Source: an uncultured archaeon (GTDB taxonomy: Archaea; Aenigmatarchaeota; Aenigmatarchaeia; CG10238-14; SCSR01). Taken from it: a stretch of DNA of 64,000 bases. Made by a program: the position numbers and the translations under genes. Positions 16,790-26,200 of this stretch are shown one piece after another (the stretch's first letter is position 1; every line of letters starts with the position of its first letter). The stretch covers positions 101 through 64,100 of the forward strand of contig CAZEGD010000003.1 of the NCBI GenBank assembly GCA_964512235.1, read 5' to 3'. The notes beneath the pieces were generated by a model. The model was not told the origin of the DNA. It did not search any database and saw only the letters and a list, made by a program, of their open reading frames with translations.

Positions 16790-18742
16790 ATGGTCAGAAG
16801 AGTCTCTAGGGAATACGATGAATTCTTGCGCGGCAAAGTGGAAATCAAGCCCACTCTGTATAGCCAAGCGTGCAAATTTGCAGAGAAAATCCTGCCTATC
16901 CAACCGGGAAAGGATTTGAATAAAAGATACCAGGAAGCGATAAATTTCTCGCACTTGAATGTCACTCCAAAAGGCGCGTTTTCCCTTGCAATTCTAGCCC
17001 TGTTATTAGTCGCAATAATTCCAATAGTTTTAGCTATTCTCCTCGGTATGTTCACAATCGGCCTTGTGGCGATGGCAATGATTTTTGCCGGCGTCACATT
17101 CTACTACCTGTATGACTATCCTCTGCACCATTCCGTGATTTTCCGTATAAAGGCAAGCTCAGAGATGGTCCTAGCTATAGTCTATATGACAATAGCGATG
17201 CGCATATCTCCGAATTTGGAGAATGCAGTCAAGTTTGCAGCCCGCAGTCTTAGCGGACCACTCGCTACAGATCTAAAGCAACTCATATGGGACGTCTATA
17301 TGAGGAAATACGACTCTATGTCTGAAGCTTTGGACGCTTTCATAACCAAGTGGAAGGTCGAAAACAGGGAATTCACAGAAGCCATATACTTGATAAAGAA
17401 CTCTTCTATAGGAACCACTGCAAGAAGGGAGAGCGTGCTAGATGAGGCAGTCTCAGTCGTGCTTGAGGGTACAAAGGAGAGGATGAAGCACTACGCGCAG
17501 GATCTGAGAACACCAGTCACAATATTGAATGCGATGGGAATACTGTTGCCTCTCATAGGGCTTGTGTTTTTGCCGCTTGTAGGACTCTTTATGTCAGAGA
17601 TATTCCAGCCAGTCTTTATAATAGTGGGCTACAATGTGATACTTCCACTGTCCGTGTATTGGATGATGAAGACCACTCTTGAGAAGAGACCATATAGCTT
17701 CCACCAGCCAGACCTTTCAAGGCACCCGAAGTTCAGAAAAAAGAAGATTGACACAACACTCATCATCTCAATGCTAATTCCTCTACCCACTACGGTCTTT
17801 GGGTTCTACTATTTTATGACTATAAAAGAGATTTTCAGCAATACTCTGCTATACTGTTCGCTGATAACGCTGTCGGGAATAGTTGGTGGCATAGTATTCT
17901 ATTGCATAATGTCTACTTGGAAGAAACTGAAAATAAGGCAGGAGATTATTGAAATAGAGCAAGGATTTACTGAAGCACTGTTCCAGATTGGCAAGCAACT
18001 GCAGCGTGGTATACCTATAGAGAAAGCAATCGAAAGGTTTGTAATGAATATGAAGGACTTGAAGATTGCAAGGATGTTCGAAATGGTTCTTTACAACATA
18101 AAGACTTTTGGAATGACATTCGAGCAGGCGGTCTTCGATGAGGAAAGGGGTGCAATAAGACAATATCCGTCCAAGACCGTGGATGCCACAATGCGCGCAA
18201 TAGTCGAAATCTCCAAGAGAGGCATGAAAGTGGTCTCGAATGCGATGATATCAATATCGAGATATATGAAAGACGTGCATGTCGTGGAAGAGGACCTTAG
18301 AGACATGCTGTCCGAGACTACGTCCACTATGAACATACAAGCCCTCTTCCTAGCACCGTTGACATCTGGGATAGTGATATCGATTTCCGCAATAATGATG
18401 CAGATGCTGCTGTCGTTCAAGGGAATGCTAGAAAGCATACAGGACCAGCTGTTCGCCTCCGGCCCATCTGGGTTCATGAGCGGCGGGATACTGACGTCAG
18501 TCCTCAATATAAACAAGATGATACCTGTGCACATATTCCAGCTCATAGTGGGCATATACCTGATAGAAGTGGTAGCGATGCTCGCGATGTTTCTCAGCAA
18601 GATACAATACGGCGAAGAGAATCTGATAAGGACCTATAACATAGGCAAGATGCTCTTATTGGCTACAGTTATCTATATGCTTATCGCGTTTTCGCTCTAT
18701 TCGGTATTCACATCAATCATGCCGGTTTTAATCATGCAGTAA
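16790..18742 (+). CDS. Pilus/archaellum assembly membrane platform (ArlJ/FlaJ-TadC, T2SS-F-like)
   Basis: About 650-aa polytopic membrane protein with two cytoplasmic helical domains separated by TM clusters. It sits directly after the ATPase, which is the standard ATPase+platform pairing. Confidence 0.8.
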   Translation: MVRRVSREYDEFLRGKVEIKPTLYSQACKFAEKILPIQPGKDLNKRYQEAINFSHLNVTPKGAFSLAILALLLVAIIPIVLAILLGMFTIGLVAMAMIFAGVTFYYLYDYPLHHSVIFRIKASSEMVLAIVYMTIAMRISPNLENAVKFAARSLSGPLATDLKQLIWDVYMRKYDSMSEALDAFITKWKVENREFTEAIYLIKNSSIGTTARRESVLDEAVSVVLEGTKERMKHYAQDLRTPVTILNAMGILLPLIGLVFLPLVGLFMSEIFQPVFIIVGYNVILPLSVYWMMKTTLEKRPYSFHQPDLSRHPKFRKKKIDTTLIISMLIPLPTTVFGFYYFMTIKEIFSNTLLYCSLITLSGIVGGIVFYCIMSTWKKLKIRQEIIEIEQGFTEALFQIGKQLQRGIPIEKAIERFVMNMKDLKIARMFEMVLYNIKTFGMTFEQAVFDEERGAIRQYPSKTVDATMRAIVEISKRGMKVVSNAMISISRYMKDVHVVEEDLRDMLSETTSTMNIQALFLAPLTSGIVISISAIMMQMLLSFKGMLESIQDQLFASGPSGFMSGGILTSVLNINKMIPVHIFQLIVGIYLIEVVAMLAMFLSKIQYGEENLIRTYNIGKMLLLATVIYMLIAFSLYSVFTSIMPVLIMQ

Positions 18743-18767
18743 ATAAGATTTAGATAGGGGAATAACG

Positions 18768-18905
18768 ATGAATGGACGCAAAAGCGAAATGAACATGAAG
18801 TCGATATGGTTTCTGGTCCTGTTAATTCTACTTATCTTTCTGATAATTTTATTTTATACACTCGGCAATGAAATAATTGAGGTACTTACCTCCACCTTCG
18901 CTTAA
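18768..18905 (+). CDS. Possible 45-aa single-TM peptide (weak prepilin-like leader MNGRKS...)
   Basis: Not in the ORF track (below its size cutoff). ATG is preceded by GGGG. The peptide is MNGRKSEMNMKSIWFLVLLILLIFLIILFYTLGNEIIEVLTSTFA. Its stop lies 2 nt before the next pilin-like gene. Confidence 0.3.
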   Translation: MNGRKSEMNMKSIWFLVLLILLIFLIILFYTLGNEIIEVLTSTFA

Positions 18906-18907
18906 AA

Positions 18908-19135
18908 ATGGGGAATGATATGAAAAAAAGAAGAAAGGGAATTGCAATAGAGACTATAGTGTATTTGGTGCTTGCGATCGTGGGACTAATTGTTCTATGG
19001 GTTTTCCTTTCAGGTCTGGCCCCAGTAATCAAAACAACCGTAGAGGAGATAGTGAAGGGAATAGGCTGCAAGATATGCGAAATATTTGGGGTTGCCGGCT
19101 GGGTTCTTAGCGCATTTTGCAGGAACTGCCCATAA
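18908..19135 (+). CDS. Class III signal peptide (pilin-like) protein, 4 Cys
   Basis: MGNDMKKRRKG|IAIETIVYLVLAIVGLIVLWVFL. C-terminus CKICE...FCRNCP. Confidence 0.75.
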   Translation: MGNDMKKRRKGIAIETIVYLVLAIVGLIVLWVFLSGLAPVIKTTVEEIVKGIGCKICEIFGVAGWVLSAFCRNCP

Positions 19136-19161
19136 TAAGTAAAAGTTTCTTTGGACAAGAT

Positions 19162-19205
19162 AATCGACAGTTTTAATTCTAGGACTCGAAATAATAATTA
19201 TGGAA
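19162..19205 (+). repeat. Duplicated promoter/5' region, copy 1
   Basis: aatcgacagttttaattctaggactcgaaataataattatgga recurs at 19921-19964 with one mismatch. It includes the TTTTAAT TATA-like box and the ATG. Confidence 0.85.
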
Positions 19206-19865
19206 ATAAGAATGTCTGGGAGTAAAGGGGGAGGGATACCGACCAGGTGGATTGTCTTGGGATTTTTAGGTGTACTCGTCATATTGGGCATTTATGTAGT
19301 CTACGCGAAAGGTCATGAAATGTCTGGAGGTCTATTCGGTTTTTGGGACGACCTTTTTGGAGGAGGAGGACAAACGGGAGGAAAGACGGAGTTCGAGGCT
19401 GCCATAGAATGTGCTTATTACAGGTGCAAAGAGAACTGCCCGTATGCAATAACTAAAGCCGGAGCTGTCGGTGATTTTAATTGCCTAGATTATTGCAAAG
19501 AAGAATGGACTGATGACAATAGACGAATTTGTGATGGACATCCTATCGAAATACAGTTAAGTAGTGGTGAAACTATAGAGGCCAGTTGGTGGCGCCAGAT
19601 TACAGGGGGCTCCAACAATGCACTATCTCGATCGGACTGTATAGTGGACAGAATATATAGGTATAGCAATCTCAACCTAATTTTTCCAATAGACTCCTCA
19701 GAATGCAACATAGAAAGTGCTGGTGTAGATGGAATAATCTACAGCAGTTGCAAGTTGACATCAGATGGTACTTTTTACATATGGAGTGAAAAACACTATT
19801 GGCCAAATGAATGTACAGTTGGTGCTACTTGTATAGCTACCATAATTTGCGACAGGCAACCGTGA
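19200..19865 (+). CDS. Class III signal peptide protein, Cys-rich (12 Cys), paralog A
   Basis: MEIRMSGSKGGG|IPTRWIVLGFLGVLVILGIYVVY. It shares EFEAAIECAYYRCKENCPY with the next gene. Confidence 0.75.
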   Translation: MEIRMSGSKGGGIPTRWIVLGFLGVLVILGIYVVYAKGHEMSGGLFGFWDDLFGGGGQTGGKTEFEAAIECAYYRCKENCPYAITKAGAVGDFNCLDYCKEEWTDDNRRICDGHPIEIQLSSGETIEASWWRQITGGSNNALSRSDCIVDRIYRYSNLNLIFPIDSSECNIESAGVDGIIYSSCKLTSDGTFYIWSEKHYWPNECTVGATCIATIICDRQP

Positions 19866-19920
19866 AATATTTTGAGAATATAAATTTAGTCGATTTAGAC
19901 TCAATGATATGATAATTAAA

Positions 19921-19964
19921 AATCGACAGTTTTAATTCTAGAACTCGAAATAATAATTATGGAT
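19921..19964 (+). repeat. Duplicated promoter/5' region, copy 2
   Basis: See 19162-19205. The copies are 759 bp apart, which equals the tandem gene duplication unit. Confidence 0.85.
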
Positions 19965-20636
19965 ATAGAAACACCTAGAGGTAAAGGTGTCGCAATGAGA
20001 ACTATAGTTTTAGTCGCAATCGGCGTCGGCGGCTTGTTATTCGGTTTTATTATGCTTACAGGAATCGGAGATGCTAGGGAAAATATAATTGACATCCTCC
20101 TTGGTTTAGGTAGCTCTGCTAAAGGACCATCAAAATTGGAAGTGGCAATAGAATGTGCTTATTACAGATGTAAAGAGGGATGTCCACATGGTGCTGAGAA
20201 TGTTGAAATTATCGATGGTTTTGAGTGTTTAAAATTCTGCGACGAAGCAGTAGTCAATAGTGTTGATAGCAATGGAGACAAGAAAATATGCGGCTCCGAG
20301 TCCAGAGATTATCCGGTAACAATCTCGATAGAGGCAAGTTATGTGCATACTAACACGATTGATGATGCTGGCTCCGAGCTGAGCTCGATCGTAGAATTTA
20401 ACGAAGAAACCGTAGGCTGTGAAAACTTCAGGCCGTCATATGCATATCTATATGTAACTAGGTCAATGATAGTCGACGGAAAAACAGAGATCTGTCCTAC
20501 ACGCAATATGGCCTATGGTGGATACAACTGCTACGATAATGTTAAAGTAGCCGCAGGAGATTACTCTATTTGGGTACATAACATCTATGTTCTTGGCGTA
20601 TACGTCGGTACATCGCCTATAGTCTGCATGGGATAG
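19959..20636 (+). CDS. Class III signal peptide protein, Cys-rich (10 Cys), paralog B
   Basis: MDIETPRGKG|VAMRTIVLVAIGVGGLLFGFIML, followed by KLEVAIECAYYRCKEGCPH. Confidence 0.75.
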   Translation: MDIETPRGKGVAMRTIVLVAIGVGGLLFGFIMLTGIGDARENIIDILLGLGSSAKGPSKLEVAIECAYYRCKEGCPHGAENVEIIDGFECLKFCDEAVVNSVDSNGDKKICGSESRDYPVTISIEASYVHTNTIDDAGSELSSIVEFNEETVGCENFRPSYAYLYVTRSMIVDGKTEICPTRNMAYGGYNCYDNVKVAAGDYSIWVHNIYVLGVYVGTSPIVCMG

Positions 20637-20737
20637 TTCCATAAAAGTTTCTACAACTTTAGTGGAAATTAATAATTTTATTCAAGACTAACCTTTAAAA
20701 AGAAGGAATTGAAAATAAGATATAGGTGATAGGTAGA

Positions 20738-21061
20738 ATGATGAAAAAAGGAATAGCAGTTCCTTACATTATTGCCCTTATTCTGGGAATAGTAGTTGTA
20801 GCTCTGCTAGGTTACTGGTTCTTCATACTAGGTGGAACTTTCACCGGTAGAGCTTCAATCACAGAGTGCCAGACCAAATTGAGTACATACTGTGCTGCAT
20901 TCGCAGCTTCAGGCTATGACACAGCAGCGTTCGATCCCTTTACTAGTAGCACTTGCCCAGCAAGCGGTACAGTAGACGCCCCTGAATGTTGCTCACACTA
21001 TAGCTCTCTAATGACTGGTGCTAGCTGGACAGCCACTTGCACGAATTTAATAGGGCAGTAA
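20738..21061 (+). CDS. Class III signal peptide (pilin-like) protein, 6 Cys; paralog of 16426
   Basis: MMKKG|IAVPYIIALILGIVVVALLGYWFF. GGTGA lies 7 nt upstream of ATG 20738; the track starts at an in-frame GTG at 20726. Confidence 0.8.
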   Translation: MMKKGIAVPYIIALILGIVVVALLGYWFFILGGTFTGRASITECQTKLSTYCAAFAASGYDTAAFDPFTSSTCPASGTVDAPECCSHYSSLMTGASWTATCTNLIGQ

Positions 21062-21075
21062 AATAAAGTGGAAAT

Positions 21076-21282
21076 ATGAAAGGTAGTATACCAGTTCCTT
21101 ATTTAATAGCCATAATACTAGCTGTAGTCGTTATAGTTGTGCTTGTCTACATGTATCTTTCTGAAAGCGGATTATTCTCTCAAGTAATTGATGAGAAATA
21201 TTGCCAGGCAAAGTGTATGGAATGCAAAGCGACAGGGGGTTCAATGCCACCTGAGTGCATTGATTATCCTTGTGACCTGTAG
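21076..21282 (+). CDS. Class III signal peptide (pilin-like) mini-protein, 5 Cys
   Basis: MKG|SIPVPYLIAIILAVVVIVVLVYMYL. The mature part is only about 40 aa and contains CQAKCMECK...ECIDYPC. Confidence 0.75.
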   Translation: MKGSIPVPYLIAIILAVVVIVVLVYMYLSESGLFSQVIDEKYCQAKCMECKATGGSMPPECIDYPCDL

Positions 21283-21332
21283 CTGTTGACAACCAGACTA
21301 ACATCTAAATAAAATAAAAAGAAATATAGTTT

Positions 21333-21650
21333 ATGAAGGTCAAGCCAGCTACTACGGATTCTAAAGGCGTAGCAGTTCACACAATCGTAATAGTTATGAT
21401 ATTCGGGATTATGATGCTAATCCTTCTACTGGTATTTTCAGAATATCTTGGAATACAGAACTGCGAGGCTGCAAGGATGGCCTGCTCGACTGCTAGGGCG
21501 TCACACTGCTTCAGTTGGTGGAAAAACGACAATAGCTTTAGCTCTGGCGAGCCTGATTGGGAGAACATAAACGACTGCGACGATACCGGATTGGTGAGTT
21601 GTGACAAACCCGACAGGTCAGAATGCTTAGACTTGATATTCAGCGATTAA
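21333..21650 (+). CDS. Class III signal peptide (pilin-like) protein, 6 Cys
   Basis: MKVKPATTDSKG|VAVHTIVIVMIFGIMMLILLLVF. Confidence 0.7.
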   Translation: MKVKPATTDSKGVAVHTIVIVMIFGIMMLILLLVFSEYLGIQNCEAARMACSTARASHCFSWWKNDNSFSSGEPDWENINDCDDTGLVSCDKPDRSECLDLIFSD

Positions 21651-21706
21651 ATTTCTAGGTTTTGAAATGAAAAACAATTAATTAAACCAAAGAGTAATTT
21701 TTAATT

Positions 21707-22162
21707 ATGAGCCAAAAGGGAGACGCTACCATAAGCGTTCTCGGTACAGCTGTAATTATGGCCATCATGGTCATCTTTGTTGCAAACATCGTCCCAGATT
21801 ATGTAGTGTCTGCATTCGAGTTTATGAGCTCATCCTCGGCCGAGGTAGTCTCTAGGAATTTAGCAGGTTTTATAACAATAAGTGCGGCAGCTCCGAATGA
21901 AATCAGCATCGATTACTTTGCATCTAAAAGCAGTGAGTACAATGTGAAGATTGAGAACAGAGTTATAAATCTAGACCTGTTGTCCGCGAGCTTCGGCGCG
22001 AAAGGAGGTTCCATCACAAAAGCGGGTATAGACTCTATCTGCTATTATACGGACACTATCTGCAGATTCGACGGGGTAAATCACTTCACCATAAAGAAAT
22101 GGTCGGATGAGGACGGTTACATTTGTAATGTCAACGGTGAGATGAGTCTGAATGAAGATTGA
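21707..22162 (+). CDS. Class III signal peptide (pilin-like) protein
   Basis: MSQKG|DATISVLGTAVIMAIMVIFVANIV. Overlaps the next gene by 11 nt. Confidence 0.7.
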   Translation: MSQKGDATISVLGTAVIMAIMVIFVANIVPDYVVSAFEFMSSSSAEVVSRNLAGFITISAAAPNEISIDYFASKSSEYNVKIENRVINLDLLSASFGAKGGSITKAGIDSICYYTDTICRFDGVNHFTIKKWSDEDGYICNVNGEMSLNED

Positions 22163-22808
22163 CTGCTCTAAAAGAAGTAAAGGAATCGGAGATTTAGTAC
22201 CCTATGCGATTATGGCTTTACTGATTATAGGTGTAGTTGTAATCTTCTACATTCTCATGATGACAAAGTTTTTGGATATTAGAACAATTGTAATGGAAGC
22301 CGGTGTCGAAAGACATACCCTAAATTTGGCCCAAGTATTGCTGAGCTATGACAAGCTCGTGTATGTGGAAGAAGACTATTTCAGCATACATAGAGGTATA
22401 TTTGTCAAAGAAAAGCTCGATGAGCAATTCAAAGACGGTAGCGAACTTACAAATGAACTCGGCTATCCAGATTCTGTAATCCTATTGTATGTAAAAGATT
22501 TCGATGCTAACAAGGAATGGGCTCTAAGATACAAAGGCCCTTTCAACTTGGAAGGTTCTAAAGCAGCAAGTTTCATAGAATGTCTGAACGAGAAGACAGA
22601 ATTCGATGTCATACTTTTGTTTCAAATGATACTCTCACCTATTTCACATGTTGGCCCATGGGACTATTACACCATCGCTGAGTGCACATCATCGTTCGCT
22701 TCAGACTATGGAACCTCTGTTAGGAGGTTCCCAGTCGCAATCAAAGATGGAAATGAAATACACGCTGGTATATTGGTAGTTACAATTGACGAATGGACTT
22801 TGATCTAA
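22152..22808 (+). CDS. Class III signal peptide (pilin-like) protein
   Basis: MKIDCSKRSKG|IGDLVPYAIMALLIIGVVVIFYILMM. Overlaps the next gene by 16 nt. Confidence 0.7.
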   Translation: MKIDCSKRSKGIGDLVPYAIMALLIIGVVVIFYILMMTKFLDIRTIVMEAGVERHTLNLAQVLLSYDKLVYVEEDYFSIHRGIFVKEKLDEQFKDGSELTNELGYPDSVILLYVKDFDANKEWALRYKGPFNLEGSKAASFIECLNEKTEFDVILLFQMILSPISHVGPWDYYTIAECTSSFASDYGTSVRRFPVAIKDGNEIHAGILVVTIDEWTLI

Positions 22809-23293
22809 TGAAATACAATAATTTGAAAATTAAAGGGAGAAAGGGAATTGCACCCATTATCATAATCCCAATACTTTTAGCACTGATTACATTCTCAGCA
22901 GTAATCATTGCAGTAATGCCAATCATATTCCTCAAAGTCAACCTAGTCCAGATGATTACATTTGAATATAACTACAACAACGCGCAGCTGGCTCTGAATA
23001 CATTGCTCTCTCTAACGAAGACAGACACGACAGACGGTCAGGTAAAGCCTGTCTATAAAATTATCTCAGAGTATGTGTCATTGCCGCAAAAGCCAAATAT
23101 ACTTTTTCTGAGGGTCGAGCTTAACAGGATGGTAAATAATGGAATATTCAAGTGCTACAAGCTCACATCCCAGACAGCTGGCGAGCTGGCAAGGGGAAGT
23201 TGCGATCCCACTAGTGATGGTGAATATTACAAAGCAGTTTCACCTGTTTTAACACCTACATTCGTAGATAGACTGGAGTTGATGGTGGATTGA
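22793..23293 (+). CDS. Class III signal peptide (pilin-like) protein
   Basis: ...LKIKGRKG|IAPIIIIPILLALITFSAVIIAVMPIIF. Its stop overlaps the TTG start of the giant gene (ATTGA). Confidence 0.7.
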   Translation: MDFDLMKYNNLKIKGRKGIAPIIIIPILLALITFSAVIIAVMPIIFLKVNLVQMITFEYNYNNAQLALNTLLSLTKTDTTDGQVKPVYKIISEYVSLPQKPNILFLRVELNRMVNNGIFKCYKLTSQTAGELARGSCDPTSDGEYYKAVSPVLTPTFVDRLELMVD

Positions 23294-26200
23294 GAGCTAG
23301 AGCAAAGAAAAGAAGCAAAGGCCTAATAGTGGCGGCCATACTCGTCATAGCAGCTATTGCTATCGCTGGTGCAGGCATTTACTACTCCAATTTCATCTAT
23401 AGAGTCCAGACTACAGTGGAGATAGTGAAAGAGGCCACAATTGTAGAAGCGATAAACTATGTAGAGATGCTGAAGATAGGGCTACGTAACGCTGTAGGAT
23501 ATTCTGTCTATAGGGCATCGGATGACGTTTTGACTCTGGGCGGAATCTGCGAGCACAGCCTGCAATCCTCAGAGTCGGGATATTGCACAGAAGATTGCAA
23601 GATACCGGCAGGCACTCCAACATTCGAGTGTACTCCCTGGTGGAAGGTCCATGATAAAATATACGCCCCCACGAAAGGGGAATTCATGGAATATATGACT
23701 AACAGAACGCTCCAGAACTTTGAAGGATATGCGAATATGCTCGAAGTCCAAGACCTTGAGGTACCGAACTACTGTCCCCCTCTGGGAAGAGACTGTAGCG
23801 GGTGCTTGACAGATTCAGAATGTCCAGAAGGCTGCAACGGCTTAAGAGAGACTGGCGGAGTTGCCACCATAGAATCAACAAAAAGTTTAGACCCCGAAAT
23901 AAAAACAAAGATGGAGAGCAAGAATGACTATTTGAAGAATGAAAAAATAGAATACGAACGCGACTTCTTCACAGTAGCTGACAATTCATCTTTCACGGAC
24001 ACCGTCAAAGCCACTACTTTTTCACTGTTTGACTTTGCAAGAGACAAATTTATAGAGAATGACTATATCTCCCAAGTATTTGATCAGGGAGACGAGCCCA
24101 TGCCGAACACATGGTGTGCCATGACAGCAGATAACTACTGTGATGTAACCTCGGATTGTCGTCAGGACACAAACAACTGTTGGAATGGTGACTGTTGCTG
24201 TAAAGGCATCTATTACGGCAACGTATGTTTAGATGAATTGCCAAACTGTGAAGCAGGACTGGATCAATACTGTAAAAGAGACTATACAGGCACGACTTGC
24301 ATGGAAGCAGACTCTAATTGCGACAATACAATATCAGCGAAGGAATATTACAACTATACTGTGAAAGGACAGTTGTCGATAGACGAAGATGAGACTGATG
24401 CATATGGAAATAAATTCAGGGTAAAAACGGCTCTTGATGGATGCATAGAAGTTGGCACTGAATCTACACAGACATACAGTGAAATCGTGGAAGTGAATTG
24501 GTATGACTACGATCCTGTCGCAGACCAAGCAGACTGTGACGTGATTACAGCAGAAGGGTGTGGATGCGGAGAATACTGCACTGCATCTGATCCGGAATGC
24601 GGGGATTGTATAGGGATAACTCCTGGCATCTTCGATGGACCGTGTCCATGGGAGACGCTGAGCTGTCCAGATGAATGTTGTGGTCTGGAATGGGAATGTA
24701 TAGAATGGGAAGAACCAGGTCCGTGTGAAGAGCCTGAAGAAACAGATATTGCCGTAGAAGCTAACTTTCAATATCTCGTGCTTGCAGAAAGCCCTGTCTG
24801 TACAGATTCAGATGGCGGTGCCAATAACCTAGTCTATGGTTGCTGTGAATATGGTACAGACACTTATTGTGACTATTGTGATGGTACCAATGTTGTCGAA
24901 TACTATTGTTCACCTGTGATTAACCCAACACATTGCGGCTCTATAACTCACGGCTGTGTAGGGTGGTATGGTGCTGGTGCTACCTGCTCAGGTGGGAAAT
25001 GTATAGAACCTACGACCACAACCACAACTACACTTCCCCCTGTCTGTACAGATTCAGATGATTGTCCAGCCATAGATACAGATGGAGGCTATAACCTATA
25101 TGAGAAAGGTACTTGTTCATGGAGAATTTGTGATAGTGATCATAACTGTAAAGTTACTTACACTCAAACAGATTCTTGTATCAGTAGCACTAAAGTTTAT
25201 GAAATGCGTCCAGGCTCTCCAGTTAACTATTGCGATGGAGAAACAGAAAATTGCCCTTCTGGTACCATATGTTCAGATGGCGCTTGTGTTGAAACAACTA
25301 CAACAACCACCACGACTACCACAACACTTCCAGCGACATGTATAAATCATAATGAATGCTCTCAAGCGTGTACAGATCTATGTCCTTATATGGTATACGG
25401 TTGCTGCTACGGCTGTATGCTAGGTCAATGTATAGGTGGTACATGCCAGTGCATAGAGAAACCCACATATTGCTCAGGCAGTCCTATTTCTCAAGTCGGC
25501 AGTCAATGTATAGTTGGTCCAGTTTGCTCTGATATAGGATTAGGCACACCTTCTGTCAGTCCCTCAACCCCAACAGCTGGCAGCACATTCCAAATATCAT
25601 GCCCTGTCACTCAGGTAGGAGCAGACTGTATAGCAGCATATGCCAATGATATGAGCTCTAGGTGTAATTACACTCATTGGTCAGGCAATAACGCTGTTTT
25701 TAACTGTCCAGGTCTAGCAGCAGGTACTTATACTGCAAGGTGTACTTCCCAGACAGAAACCCCCAGCAATTGTTGTTATGATACAACAACAACATCTTAT
25801 GCTACAATAACACCTACACACGACATAGTAGTCGGTGTCACACAGGGCTCTGGAGCGGTAAATGTCGCTATAAATGGTATCCCAGTCCAGACTGTCACTG
25901 AAGCATCAACAGCCACAATCACGTTCGAGCACGGAGATAGTGCATCATTTGAAGCAATCCCATCATCAGGTTATACGCTAGAGAGCTATTGCGGCTGGGT
26001 CACTGATGGTGAGGTTGTATGTTGCACACCAGATGAGTGCCCTTCACCACTCATAAGACCAATTTGGGAAAGTGGTGGACTATATGTTAACTTTGTTGCA
26101 AGTGTAACATGTACTAAACATGAAATTAGGTTGGAATGTAGGGATTCTATCTGCGGCTTCCCAGGCTGTTGTAAAAAAGCCGCTTATATGAAAGATGTCA

